DNA of 61,997 nt, counting the filler, from Platydemus manokwari (lineage: Eukaryota), in the NCBI GenBank assembly GCA_037951405.1. It is 4 parts of 4 records of this genome, joined end to end, with 100 filler letters (N's around TTAATTAATTAA, not from the genome) between each part and the next. Parts side by side here need not be neighbours in the genome. Positions count along the whole stretch, not along the records: positions 49,007 to 61,997 come from JBBMOY011886942.1; 3 more parts are not named here. The stretch is one strand, 5' to 3'. The notes beneath the pieces are model-generated. The model was not told where the DNA came from, made no database searches, and worked only from the letters and a program-made list of their open reading frames with translations. Each line of letters begins with the position of its first letter. Within the stretch, counting starts at the first letter, position 1. Positions 50,096-61,997 of the stretch are shown here, piece after piece. The position numbers were made by a program, and so were the translations under genes.

Positions 50096-53000
50096 TTCTG
50101 AACGATAAAAGCCATTCCAGTTAGTACTAAACGAACTCCAACTGTTCTGATGTCAATCATAACCGAAGACGGAATGCATTTTATCAGAAAACTACAGTAG
50201 CAAAATGTAGTAAATTAGTATATCGGATTATCTATTATCCCAGGAGAGACTTAAATAAGCGTTTTCTGAAAAACCTAAATTTGATTCTGGTGGAAAATCT
50301 AAACTTACCAAAATTTTCGGGGCAGGCGAAGCAATTGCGAAGGTTGTACAGGAAAAAGAGTTCTCCGGTAAGGATGACAGGTTCTATATCTCCAGTCCCC
50401 AGGAATACTGATATAAAAGCGATCCGAGGTCCGAAAAACGAGGTCAGAGAGGCCAAAAAGATTAAAATTTTGAAAATCTCGGAAATTTCCGAAAAATGGA
50501 AGATCAACTATTGGTAGACCTGGAAAATATCTTAAATAAGTACGCACAGAGGCAAGGAAGGTCAAAATAAAGGACTAAATATGACAAATTCAAGTCACGA
50601 TCAAAGAAAACTCAAAATCCAGATCATATGCTGACGCGACGAAATTCAATAAAAATCGAATATAATGTTATCAATGAAATGATAAACAGAACATGAGACC
50701 CATTTTTATTGATAATGAAGGCTTTCTAGAAGTCAGATACAAGAAACGTAAACACCAAAAGAAAGATAGAAAAGTGGGGAAATGGAAGAAATAAAGATAA
50801 TCATCAATAATGAAAAAAGACAGATTGAGTACAAAGAAAGTGCATTGGAAGTATTCATCTCTCAACGGATACAAGGTGAAGCAGAAAAACCAGCGAATTA
50901 TTTGCCAGTCCAAGTCAAAGGATAAGAACATCAACTCCATTTAGGACCCCACTGAGTCCAATCAAAGGAAGAAAGGCCAATGTGCTCCAGGATAAAAGCC
51001 AGTTGATAATTGACCTCAACAATAATTTATTGGATCGCATTGAGGGTGAAACCGGTACGTGCGAATATGACCCCTCAGTGCCAGACAATCCGTATTGATT
51101 TTGGTTTTCCGGTGACCAAATTGACAATTACATCAAAAACTGAATACCAGATGAAATATTCTATCTTCAATCATATACTACTGAAGGCATTGTTGTCCAC
51201 CAATTTGATATCTCAAACTCAATGATATGCTACCGAATACTGAGCAGAAGCAAAATCTTTCTGACTCCTATTAATGTGATTGGAAGCAAAGATGAGGTGA
51301 TGGAAATCATTGATGGGAGACAGCAGTGCTTTTATATTCAGTGCCTCGATCAAAGCGAACAGACTAATAAATGTTATCAAACAGTACGAAGGATGGACTC
51401 ATTTAGTACTAAGCCCTCCTTATAGTTACCAGTCAAGACATTGTCAGAACAACCATGTTGATTGTCGACCCTTCGTATGTGGTTATGCAGTAAATCTTGT
51501 CAACAATCGAAATATCAATGAAATCAATGCCATAGACATTTAGAATCGAGGTTATATCAGAAACTGAGAGACTAAATAAAGTTCTTGCCAATAACAACAC
51601 AGAAGAAATCAAGGTATTCCTATTCATCAAATATTTCAACTGACGAAGTGTAAGAAATGGGTATAAGTGATGGCAAACACTACAACGAATGAAATAATAA
51701 TGCTTGATCCAGAAGGCAACTTTCACAGAGATAAGAAGACAAGGTTACTAAATAACGTAAATGAAAATCTCTCAAAAAAGGATTTGATATCGTCGAGGCT
51801 AGGCAGAACAGAGCTTTACAAATAAACTTTGGAGAAAGCGTGCCACTGGTCTTCGGGCATATACGCAATACTTGCAACAATAGCATCCTGTTCCGAATCA
51901 ATTCAACGGCAATTAAGATAAAAGCCAATCAAGCGATTATCGATAATCAAAAATAAACAATGAGAGGTGACAAACTCCTAGCTATTCCTAAAGTCTGGCT
52001 CACAGTCTCGCAAATAAGTTGGGGAAAGATTTGTTAAACGAGATATACAAAAGCATCTGCATATTTATCAGAACTATGACAGAACGATGGCATCCATTCC
52101 TCGGTATAGCAACAAACGAAATGGAAAGGGTGAAAGACAGATATGGAACTTTGAAATTTGTTCAATATGGCTCCATCAGCTGCCTTTGGAATAATTACCA
52201 AACCTATTCATGCAAATAATTGGCCAAAAAAGAAAGACTTCGAAATACATTACAGAAACAAACAAGTTGATCCAATGAAATTACCAGAATGTATTCGATC
52301 TTGTGTGACGCAATGCAATGAATTCTGTGAACTGAAAAGGTATTCGAAGAGAGGCCTTAATTTCTCAGTTCAAACTATCGAAGTTGAAACAATATATAAA
52401 ACTTTACGTCAAAAGGATCCAACAGCTCCGGGAAGGAACAATGCCGGATACAAGGATATATCTTATGTCGGCCCAAACTGTGAATCATTGGAAGTGCTAT
52501 TTGACAAGTGCATGAAGCTAAAAGAAATTCCTGAAGAATGGAGAACATAATCTACGATCATGATCCCAAAAACGATGGAGGGTGAATATGACAGAGTCGG
52601 ATCATGGAGACCGATTGTTGTTACAAAATACTAACAACAATCCTATACCAACAACTTCGGAGTTGGATCGATGAGAACAACCTAATTCATACATTGCAAA
52701 ACAGTCTGGGGCAAACCGATTGGTGTGCGGAGCACAACTTTATTCTTCGAGCTCTGTTAGAAAACTACTCAAGGAAAGGAAGAGATGACATTCACATCTT
52801 ATTCATGGACATTGTGGAGGCCTTTCTTTCGATAAACATCACAGCAATGACGGAGATGTTGTAATATGTGGGCCTGGATGAAAATGCTATAAAAATGGTC
52901 AAATGACCAACAACTGCTGGACTACGTTCAAATGTGTAGATTATAAGGCGTGTCCGATCGAAATGAAAGGTGATGTTCGTCAAATTCAATTCTGCTTCCA

Positions 53001-54300
53001 TCGCAGAAACTCAGAGCATTTAAACTGTTTATCTATACGAAATGCACTTTCTTTCTGATAAATTATTATATCACCTTTACAAAACTTAACGAATTCGACA
53101 TTATGATGAGAAAATACCTGAAGATAATACTGGGTGTAGCAAAATATTGCAATGCAAATTACCTATATGCCTCCAAAGCCAATGGGGGAAGCGATCTACG
53201 CAAAATGACAGAAGGTTATACAATTCAATCCATCATCCATGCTTACTATCTCCTCACGAGCAAGCATGATGTAATCAGACTGACAGCGGTGGACTCTCCA
53301 TGTCAATCAGCAAAAACCTAAATAGAGGTGAATGACATCAACGGCGCATGCATTTGGATGAACTCACACATTTCTTGCATTCGCAGAAGCAAAACTTGGT
53401 GGGGCAAAGTACGTAAGGCGATCAGATATGCAGTGAATAAACTCCATACAATTGTTCGCTTTGAGACAATCAATGGTACCATCAAGCTCAGAATCGATCA
53501 AAATATCATCTTCAATGGTCTTAGTTGTACAAAATCAGAAATAGTGGAACCAAAAATATTAAACAAGTTCAGAAACTTTTTCGACGGTGTTTCATTCAAT
53601 CGTATCAAATTTAATGGAATGAACAAATCAAAAGTGGGTGATACAATATCTCATGTGGTACGGTTAGCCCTGTGTGGATCAAGACAGTATTCCATGGCCA
53701 CTTAACAATTGGAAAGTTCGGATTCATGAACAAGGCCAAAACTGATATCTTACCGACTTTGAATAAAAAATACATGGACGGGATGGCGTGCCTTAAATGG
53801 TGAATGACAAAATCTGCCATCATGTCAATTTGCCAACTCCAACCTTCGAGTCGAATGACAGAAAATCTACCTTCATGTTAATTGACATCAAATGCCTCAT
53901 GGACGAGCCAAGGCTAATTGATGAGACAAATAAAAAAATCTAGACAAGTACGACCGTCTCAAAAAAGAGGTCAAAAAGAACAAGCCAAAATTCACGGTCG
54001 AACTTCACATTCTGATCGTGGGTGTGCTCGGAATATGAGTGAAGTCAACTGATGGAATTCTACGAAAATTGGGACTTAGCCAGCAAATCATTCACAAACT
54101 AGCAATGAAATGCATAAAGTCAAATATCAATGCGTCGTACTTCCAATGGCAGTTCCAACCTAGCAAAATAAACTCACAATGTCCCAAATCAACGAGAACA
54201 AGAGATGAAGACTATTCACAGTTGGACTATTCACTCTGAGGACGATAGCTGACCAATCAATTACCGGATGTAGTCAAGAGAAATGTGATAATGGGTTCAA
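50096..54300 (+). mobile_element. Decayed NeSL-clade non-LTR retrotransposon (Ulp1-like protease, partial RT, RLE endonuclease)
   Basis: Protease: WFSGDQIDNY, PIN..GNH*, QNNHVDC..FVCGYA. RT: TAPG.., LFDKCMKLKEIPEEWRT*STIMIPK..WRPI, YKILT..CAEHNFIL..LFMDIVEAFLSI (RT4-7 largely deleted). YLYASKANGG. RLE: IDIKC..LDKY..IVGVLG..LRKLGL..CIKSNI. Many stops and frameshifts; ends approximate. Confidence 0.85.
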
Positions 54301-56605
54301 TCGCAAGAGAGAATCTATGTTTTGAGTCTTGATTTATCACGGCTAACCAATTAATCATTGTCTTAAATAGACATTTGTTTTTTTGTTTTTATTGTTGCTG
54401 GTCACTTTATTGATCACCAAACAATTGTTGGTTTTCCTAAATAATTAACTAATCTCTGACTTCCAAATATTGCTAATATTGTACTTACTATTCAATACAT
54501 CTACACGTAATTACACTTTACAAAATATCAACCAAAATTTGGCTTCCAACTGGCAGGTACAAAATATCAACTAAAAATTTGACTTCTAACTGCCAATTTC
54601 CCCAAGAATAGACACTTTTTATAATGCCATAGCACACAATATGAAATTGATTCATTTAATCAAATTGTTCTGGGACATAATTAATGTTTATTTTTTTGAA
54701 TTAACTAAATTACTAACGATATTCTTTTATAATTTTTCATAGAAAGTTTATTCAAAATTTTTAATTATTTTTAAAAAGCCTATTTTTCACAAAGTCGACA
54801 GTGTGTTATCGGAGGCGAAGTTTAAATTGTAAATTTGTGATACTTTGTGATAGTTAGCAATAAAGATACAGCCTTTGATTTTTGGAGTCAACAACAATTT
54901 GCTTATTCAGAATTAAGGACCTAACAATACCAAGTCGTCCTGATCAGATCATCAGAAAATGGAAAACTAGTTCAAATCAGTGGCTATAAACTTAAGAACA
55001 TTTGATATGAGAAAGAAAGGCAGCCAAATAGATTGTAATTATAAATAAATGCATATAAATTAATATATTAAAAACTTTAACAAAAATAAAATTATGTTTT
55101 AGGAGGAACTAAAATTAAACAGTAAATATAATTAATACGCTTTGCTACTAAAGCAGTAAGTAATTCGAATTTAAATTTAAGATCACCACAGCAACGTAGG
55201 AAATTATTATGACACACGCCCACAACCCAAAATAGTATATAAACGCATGCATTGCTCAGTCTTACGCACAAAAAATTTCTCGGCATAACTGACTTTGACA
55301 CATTCAAACAGCGTACCATTGTACAGGATTCATTTTCGGTTACAGGATCAGTTCAGAATTTTCATATCCTTACTACAAATAGGACTTATATTGTTCAAGA
55401 CATTATAACTGTTCATTATTTTCATTATACAGATTGTTAATTGTTTCTCATCAATCTCCTACAGGGGATAAGTCAGGAATAATTAAGCATAACCTCCACA
55501 AAGTCTCCAAAGAATTTATTGGAGTCTTAAATTCTAAATCTTTCATAGTTTTCATATTGGGGTAAAAGGCCCCATAGTACAATCCACCTATTTTTAATAC
55601 TCTTGAGGTCATAACACTACAACTTTTAAAATCACGCTTTGCGCATTTGTCAATTATAATTAATAAATGTATTATATTCTTCATTGTTATTTATTTATAT
55701 TAGTAGGATGCACCTAATTAACAGTTAGTTGTCATATCCTTGGTGGGAACATCAATTACCGGGCCTTAACTAATTACAACTTAATGGTTTGAATTATTGA
55801 GAATATCTTGTTGAATTGAATCTATTAGCATCAATTAATTGAATTCTATCAGTGTGGGAATTTATAATTATAAAATTTTCAAACAATTAAATTTTATATG
55901 TAGTTCAATGTTTTGCTTGGAAAGTGTGTTGTATAGATTGTACAGAGAATGGAATTGCTTTCTTTGGTAATGTTAATGATGATGAAATGTTATCTTTAAG
56001 AAAAACAATTATTGAATTGAGTAATGAAACTAAAAGTTATCTTTTGAGATATGACATTTGATAAACATTAACAGACAAGTCATGATATTAAAAAAATATT
56101 TAGAGAATTACAACTCGGTTTTGGAATATTGAACCCTTTTTTAAATTTCTAGATTTTGTGTAAATGAGCGTCCTAGATTCATTGAAGTTCCTTTAAAAAA
56201 TTCCCTTTAATCACAGTGAGTGCAAAAAAGTGATTAGGCCATTTTAATCGAGCAAATAAAGTTATTGAGATTAAAGTAACAATTGACATTTGGAAGTTCA
56301 CCAATATTGGTTGGGTTTTCAGTACTAGGTTATGCAGCAATCAATGAAATTTTAATTAATCAAATTAAATTAGAAAATTAAACGAAAATATTCTAGAATT
56401 TCTTAGTTTATTATAATAAACTTACTTTCGTGAATAGTAATGTAAAATATTTCCATAGTACGACAAAATTACAAAACAATCTTTCAAATCTTAAACTTCA
56501 TTTAATTTATGTAAATTAATCGAAGATACAAAATATTGGACATTTAAAAAATGAATTTTTCCAAAAAATACATCAATAACAAAATTTATTTGAAGAAATT
56601 AAGAC

Positions 56606-57727
56606 TCAATGTAACATTAAATCATTTAAGTCCGAAGCAGTAAGAGAGCAATCCTTCAACACTTTGTTAATACTTTCTTTCAGGTTTTCATTGACTTTGT
56701 TATAAATTCCGCTTTTAAATAAACATGAAATCACAAAAGCTGACAAAAATAAATTATCTTCGTTGTTTATGTGAATTTCATCAACAAGTTTGTTTATAAC
56801 ATTTAATGAACTTTTAGTATTGCGTTTATATAGAAGATCATCATTAAGGCACTCAATTTTCTCCATCATATCTTTAATACTAATGTTAAGAACATTACTT
56901 AGGTAATAAATTATAATCATTTCACCAATCATGGGTGAATTATTAAAAACATCGTCAAAACCGATACAATCATTAATATTTAATTTTTGCCAGACTAAAG
57001 AAATGACAACATCATATGAATGCCTAGATTGGTCGACATCCAAATTTGCCTTTATATAATTGAACAATTTTTGGGAATGTTCAACTTTCTTGGAATATGC
57101 CAGGCATGCAACTTTGAATCCTCTATTTTTTAATAATTTTAGCAACAATATCACTGATATAGGTGGGTTTCTATAATCGCAAAATAAAGAGATATTTGTG
57201 ACTTTTTTGGATAAATTCAGAGCACAACACCCATTTAACATAGCTAAATTGCTTATTTCCATTTTCAATTTATTTATCCGCTCAAAAAGATTGAATTGAA
57301 GAATTTCTACCTAGGTAAAATTAATACAATCGTTAATGCCACATTAAGTACTTCTTTTTGGGAAAACACGCAATCCACATTTGAATTATATATTTTCTTT
57401 ATGTTAAAAGATATTGCTTTTAGTCTTGATAGAACATCTTCTTGAGTTTTCATAAGCTGAAAATTTTAAGTATTCAATACGTTGACACAAATATGTATTT
57501 ACATTATTTAAACGACCGGGCTGATTATCAAGATATATTTTATTCCCAATAACTTGAATATTATGTTTCAGAACGCGTAATTTCGCAAAAATATCATCTT
57601 GATAATCCATAAGCTTTCTTACGTCGATAAATTCATCTTTAAAATCAGTACCGCGAATCATGCGATACATATTACTTGATTGGTGAAAGTAATCATCAAA
57701 ATCAACAATAGGCTTTAAGTAATACAT
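56606..57727 (-). CDS. AIMP2: Aminoacyl-tRNA synthetase complex-interacting protein 2 (p38/JTV-1), 344 aa; exons 57727-57503, 57456-57352, 57310-56606
   Basis: MYYLKP..MYRM (LysRS-binding MYQVKP..MYRL), QDDIFAKLRVLK (QDDILKRLYELK), NISLFCDYRNPPISV (DIVINANPASPPLSL), RHSYDVVISLVW, PMIGEMIIIYYL. Phase-0 GT-AG introns of 46 and 41 nt. Confidence 0.85.
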
Positions 57728-58499
57728 GTTAATAATAAATATTTGAAAACATTAATAATTAAAACAAATGTATTTTCCAATTTCTAAATTTGTTGACATA
57801 TATTTGACCTTATTGCATGAAAATTAACTTTCATCCATTGATTTGATTTTAAAATATAATGATAGAGGTAAATATAATAATAAAAACTACTAGTATATTG
57901 AATTTTAAACTTCTTCAATATTCTGAGTATTCTGAATAGAGAAAACACTTTAAATAACTAGACATGGAAGATAGGTATTAAACTTCAAAAAATCGTATTA
58001 GAAATATACTTATATGTTAACACACTAAATACTAATTATATCTTTATCTTGTAATAACTGGCTCTATACTTGCACATTTCGATATTGGATTGGAAATAAA
58101 AATAAAAATAACAACATCAATAAATGCAATTGCAAATAAATTACAAAATTATCAAAATTCTCAATGCTAATTGGTCATATAAAACACCTCTAATGTAATA
58201 ATTGCAGTAAAATGACGATTGACAAATGTAGGTATCATAAAACCGGCACGATTCATAATTTCCTTGCAGGAAGTGCTAAATATTTTAAAGCATCACAAAT
58301 TCAACTTTGTGGTTCAAAATATTCCGTAAATAAAGTTGGCTTAATAATTGACTGTGTTTTCGGGTTAAAAGAAATTTAAAGTTTTTCGATATCAATTAAT
58401 TAATAAGCTGTTATTTGTAAAAAGGATTTTTGATATAACATAATACATATATTGTTCTGAAGGTTTGACTAGTTCGAGTACAGTTTTTCTCACAGATAA

Positions 58500-60100
58500 T
58501 CACTGAGAGCATAAAGCGGTCCGTTAGTATCTGCCTTTGCATTGAATTCATGAGCTGAAGAGATTATATCTGTAGAACATAAACCTCAAAACAAAATCAC
58601 AACCGTTTATCCGAATATAGTATTCCTGGAAGAAACTCTGGATTGAGGCCACTGAAGGACATCATTGATCATCCAGAGAGACTACCGCTTGATATTACTC
58701 ATCTTTTCTGTTTTGACCAGGGCTCGAAGAACAGTGAGATTAGTGTATCACTCACTGTTTTGGGTAACCGGAATTTACTTTAATTCAGTGCTTAGTGAGT
58801 TTGACCACTGCCGTTTGTTTTGCTGAAACTCGAAGGCAGTGACTCACGTCCATGAACTTGGTAATCTACTGTAACTCATTAGTCTAACCCACCCTTTACT
58901 TTAAGAAGCGCTCTGTTTGATGATGATACCAGATCTGAGCAGAGTGTCGAATATTCGAGGACAGTAATTTTGCGAGTTTGTTAATATTCTTAAGTCTTTG
59001 AGACATTGAGAGTCTTCTGCGGAGCAGAACTCAAAGACTCCTCCACGATAGTATGAAAAGTCACAGTACAATGAGACTTGTACATCTTTATCATATCCTG
59101 TAGTGGATAATAATGATCCAAGTTCCTTCCATCAGTTTGTTCTATCAGCCGGATTTTTTCGAGTGGGCATTTGTTATCCAACAAGAATATCCAACGATTC
59201 AAGGTATCTTCTATATAGAGACCCAACCTAAGTTTTGAAACAGTGTAACACACTTTAAGATATGAAACTAATTCATTTATAATGACCATATGAATCTGGA
59301 ATTAAGAAATTAAGGAACCAATCACAGACAATCATCATGTCTTTGAACAATAAAAGCCACGCATGGCACACCTGACTGTAACACATATGTCACCGACTCT
59401 TCGTCGCAAAAATCTACAGCACCTTCGTTTAAGAGAGTCTTTCTCAAAGACTCTAGAGTTCAATGGGGGGCTTGTTAAATCTAGCCAGCTGTATAAAGAA
59501 ATAAGCATAACCAGTAATCTGACCGTTTCACACAGTTTTGTTCAGTCTCAAATTTTTGAAAATGACGATTACAAGCAAACTTGAATTATTACTCTGAAGC
59601 CATTTACGTAAAAAAAGGTCTACAAGTGTTTAGTGAAGAATATGTTCCACTTGACGCTTATATTTCTCTCTAATTTCCTGTGTATAGGAAGCAGTGCCGT
59701 TTGTACGAAAACAAATACTATCACCATCGAGTTCAAATTCTTATGTAATCCAATCTTAAACCACTCGCAACCACCAAGTTTTCTTGGAGTTTTTACAATG
59801 AACTAATTCAATAGTGCCATTTAACCATCTGAATGCATTACCTAACAAGTCGATTTGAACAGAAATTCTGGTTCTAGAGACTTCGATCAGTCTCGTCCTG
59901 ATTACAAGCTTAAGCTTAAGTTCAAGGACATTGATAAGTTCAAAGGCCTTACCAATCTGTTTTAAAGGATACTCGTCCAACAGATCCCAAAGACCTGCAT
60001 ATCTAGGTATTTTGTCCACATAGAGATAGTCTGTATCAGAATAGTTTGGAAGACATAAAACCTTCCTCACCACCTCTCTAAAACAAGTTGTTGAAAGGTC
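58500..60100 (-). mobile_element. Decayed 5'-truncated NeSL-like retrotransposon (post-RT region, RLE, structured 3' UTR)
   Basis: VRKVLCLPNYSDTDYLY..AGLWDL, KTWWLRV (cf. KTWWGKV in the 50-54 kb element), IFLLDNKCP..NLDHY..VTFHTIV. Confidence 0.75.
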
Positions 60101-61997
60101 GAAAGCAAATGGAGTTATCCATTTAATAAATAATTTTATTTCAATTTATTTAATTTAACTTATTAACAAACAGATTGAATTGGTCATTAATGAATGTATC
60201 ATTAAGATGGAAGGTATCTTTGCGGATACATTTTTGTCAACAAAGAATGACCGGCATATGTATTACTGAGGTTCTCTATCAAATCGAGAGAATCTTCACT
60301 GATGCTTTCACCGTTTAATAAGGTTGGAGCATTAACATATATTAGTCTTCCAAATTAGATAGCTATACTCTCAATAGTTTCTCAATATTCTCTCTATAAA
60401 ATCAGGAGTTATGGAGATAACTGAGTTGAGTTATGTAGAGTTCGAACAAATAAAAAGTCGTAATTTATTAAAAATGTTGATATAACATTGTACATCTGAT
60501 CTCGTCAAGTGACAAAGCCACACATTCTTCAAAGCTAACTCAGCATTCTTCATGAATGCATTTGTGATCAAAATTTGACTCAAAAACATTACATGAGTAT
60601 GATCGTTGAATTGTTGAAAACTATTAAGGTTCAAATTATGTTTGTGATTATAATTAATTACATTTTTGTATTAATTAATTAATTTGTTATATAATTTACA
60701 TGCTGTAAAAGACAATCTGATTAAGGAAAATGTTGTAGAAAAATATACGTAAATATTGGTAACTGAAATCCCTAAGAATTGGAAATAACTCAATCAAAGT
60801 TTTCAAGGTAACGCGAATAATACAATTTATTCTAAAACTCGAACTTTTTGACTATTGCAAAGCAATTACGAAGCGATCTTCACAAATATAAGTGATCAAT
60901 CGTTTTGAGATTAATATTTATAAATTTTAAATTTTTTTGAAAAGAAAATGTTCTCTTTATTTTCTTGCTGACGCATAATTCAGATATCAATGTTGATTGA
61001 AAATTTGTTCTGTTATCTGAGTGTATACAGTGTATATATTAATGCAATTGGAAATAACAATGTTTATTGGTTTTCAAAGAAATATACGTCGTCATAATAA
61101 ATGAAATGTTTTTTTCTTATTTTAAAAGATGTTAATATTATTTTTAATTTGAAAATAAGAAAAAGTGGTATATTGATGTTCATATTAAACGAATTTGATT
61201 GTATAATCAATCAATCATGTGCCTTCAAATACTGATTTAACATTGTATGTATTTACCGCACATCAAAAACAGGCAACAAACATCTAGATATGCCAATAAC
61301 ATAAGAGATAGAAAGGAATTTATCAACAAAAGGTTCTAACAAATAAAAAGCAAACCTACAATGTATCAGGTCCACACAAACAACAAGTATATGCAAGGAG
61401 TCGCATGTCATTATTTTTTATCTTTCGCTTGCTGAACCTATTGTGTTTTGATATTTGGCTTTAGGAAAGCTTTTGTTTTTCTCAATGACTGACAGTCATG
61501 TGTTGACGATCTAATTGAATTTGCATAAATTTTTATTTTGCAACAAATTTTTGGAATTCATATTTAGTAATATTCGTAACATATTTGTAACATAAATAAA
61601 TTTTAATCAAAAAAGAAATTTCTCCGTGTAAGTCCGAGAAAAAGGTTAGGATTCAGATCATTGAGCAGTTGAGTTTGATTTGAATAGCAAACCTAACAAT
61701 TTAATACGAATAAAGCGAAAATAAATAATAATGATTCACAAAATTTATGTTTGAAAATTTGGAAAAGTAAAAAGCAAGCTCATTATATGGAGAAATAAAA
61801 GGGATTGGAATGTCAACATTGAAATTTTTTCTTTTTCAATCATCAAAGTGTGCACAGAAATGAGACTTTCCAATCATAGTAATAAAATATTAAAAATGAC
61901 AGCTAATTAAATGCTCATTCGTGGAGAGCAAGCACGTGGCTCTTTTTCTAGTCTCGAAACTTCTTTGAATATTTATTTAAATGTTTGAATGATCATA

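Noticed and set aside
50235-51928. Minus-strand ORFs overlapping the retrotransposon
   Set aside because: Antisense shadows of an A-rich decayed coding strand.
54230-54300. CTGAGGA...GAAA downstream of the RLE as a hammerhead
   Set aside because: No stem II pairing adjacent to the core motifs.
60130-61997. Exon-like fragments near the window end (e.g. LLAYTCCLCGPDT on minus)
   Set aside because: No consistent spliced frame or recognisable homology.

Overview
AT-rich eukaryotic (animal) genomic DNA, standard genetic code, with short 40-60 nt GT-AG introns. The transposon complement suggests a planarian-like lophotrochozoan, but that is inference. The window is not one locus: three artificial 100-nt linkers (N44-TTAATTAATTAA-N44) join four scaffolds, 1-21670, 21771-39213, 39314-48906 and 49007-61997. 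Scaffold 1 is gappy and microsatellite-rich. It holds a calsyntenin-like fragment, DOLPP1, FBF1 exons, an apparently catalytically dead dynein heavy chain (DNHD1-like), RFX X-box-like motifs and a NeSL/Utopia-type retrotransposon 3' end. Scaffold 2 is a duplicated mosaic with two secreted single-IGFBP-domain genes, an F-type lectin pseudogene and decayed Gypsy elements. Scaffold 3 is essentially non-coding with mariner/Tc1 relics. Scaffold 4 holds AIMP2, with an apparently triplicated leucine-zipper helix, between two decayed NeSL-like RLE retrotransposons; one carries a Ulp1-type protease domain and a structured 5' leader, the other a structured 3' UTR. All gene identities come from manual translation and remembered family motifs, not database searches. 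I found no CRISPR array, rRNA or tRNA, and no clearly new biological system; the best candidates for novelty are listed as findings.
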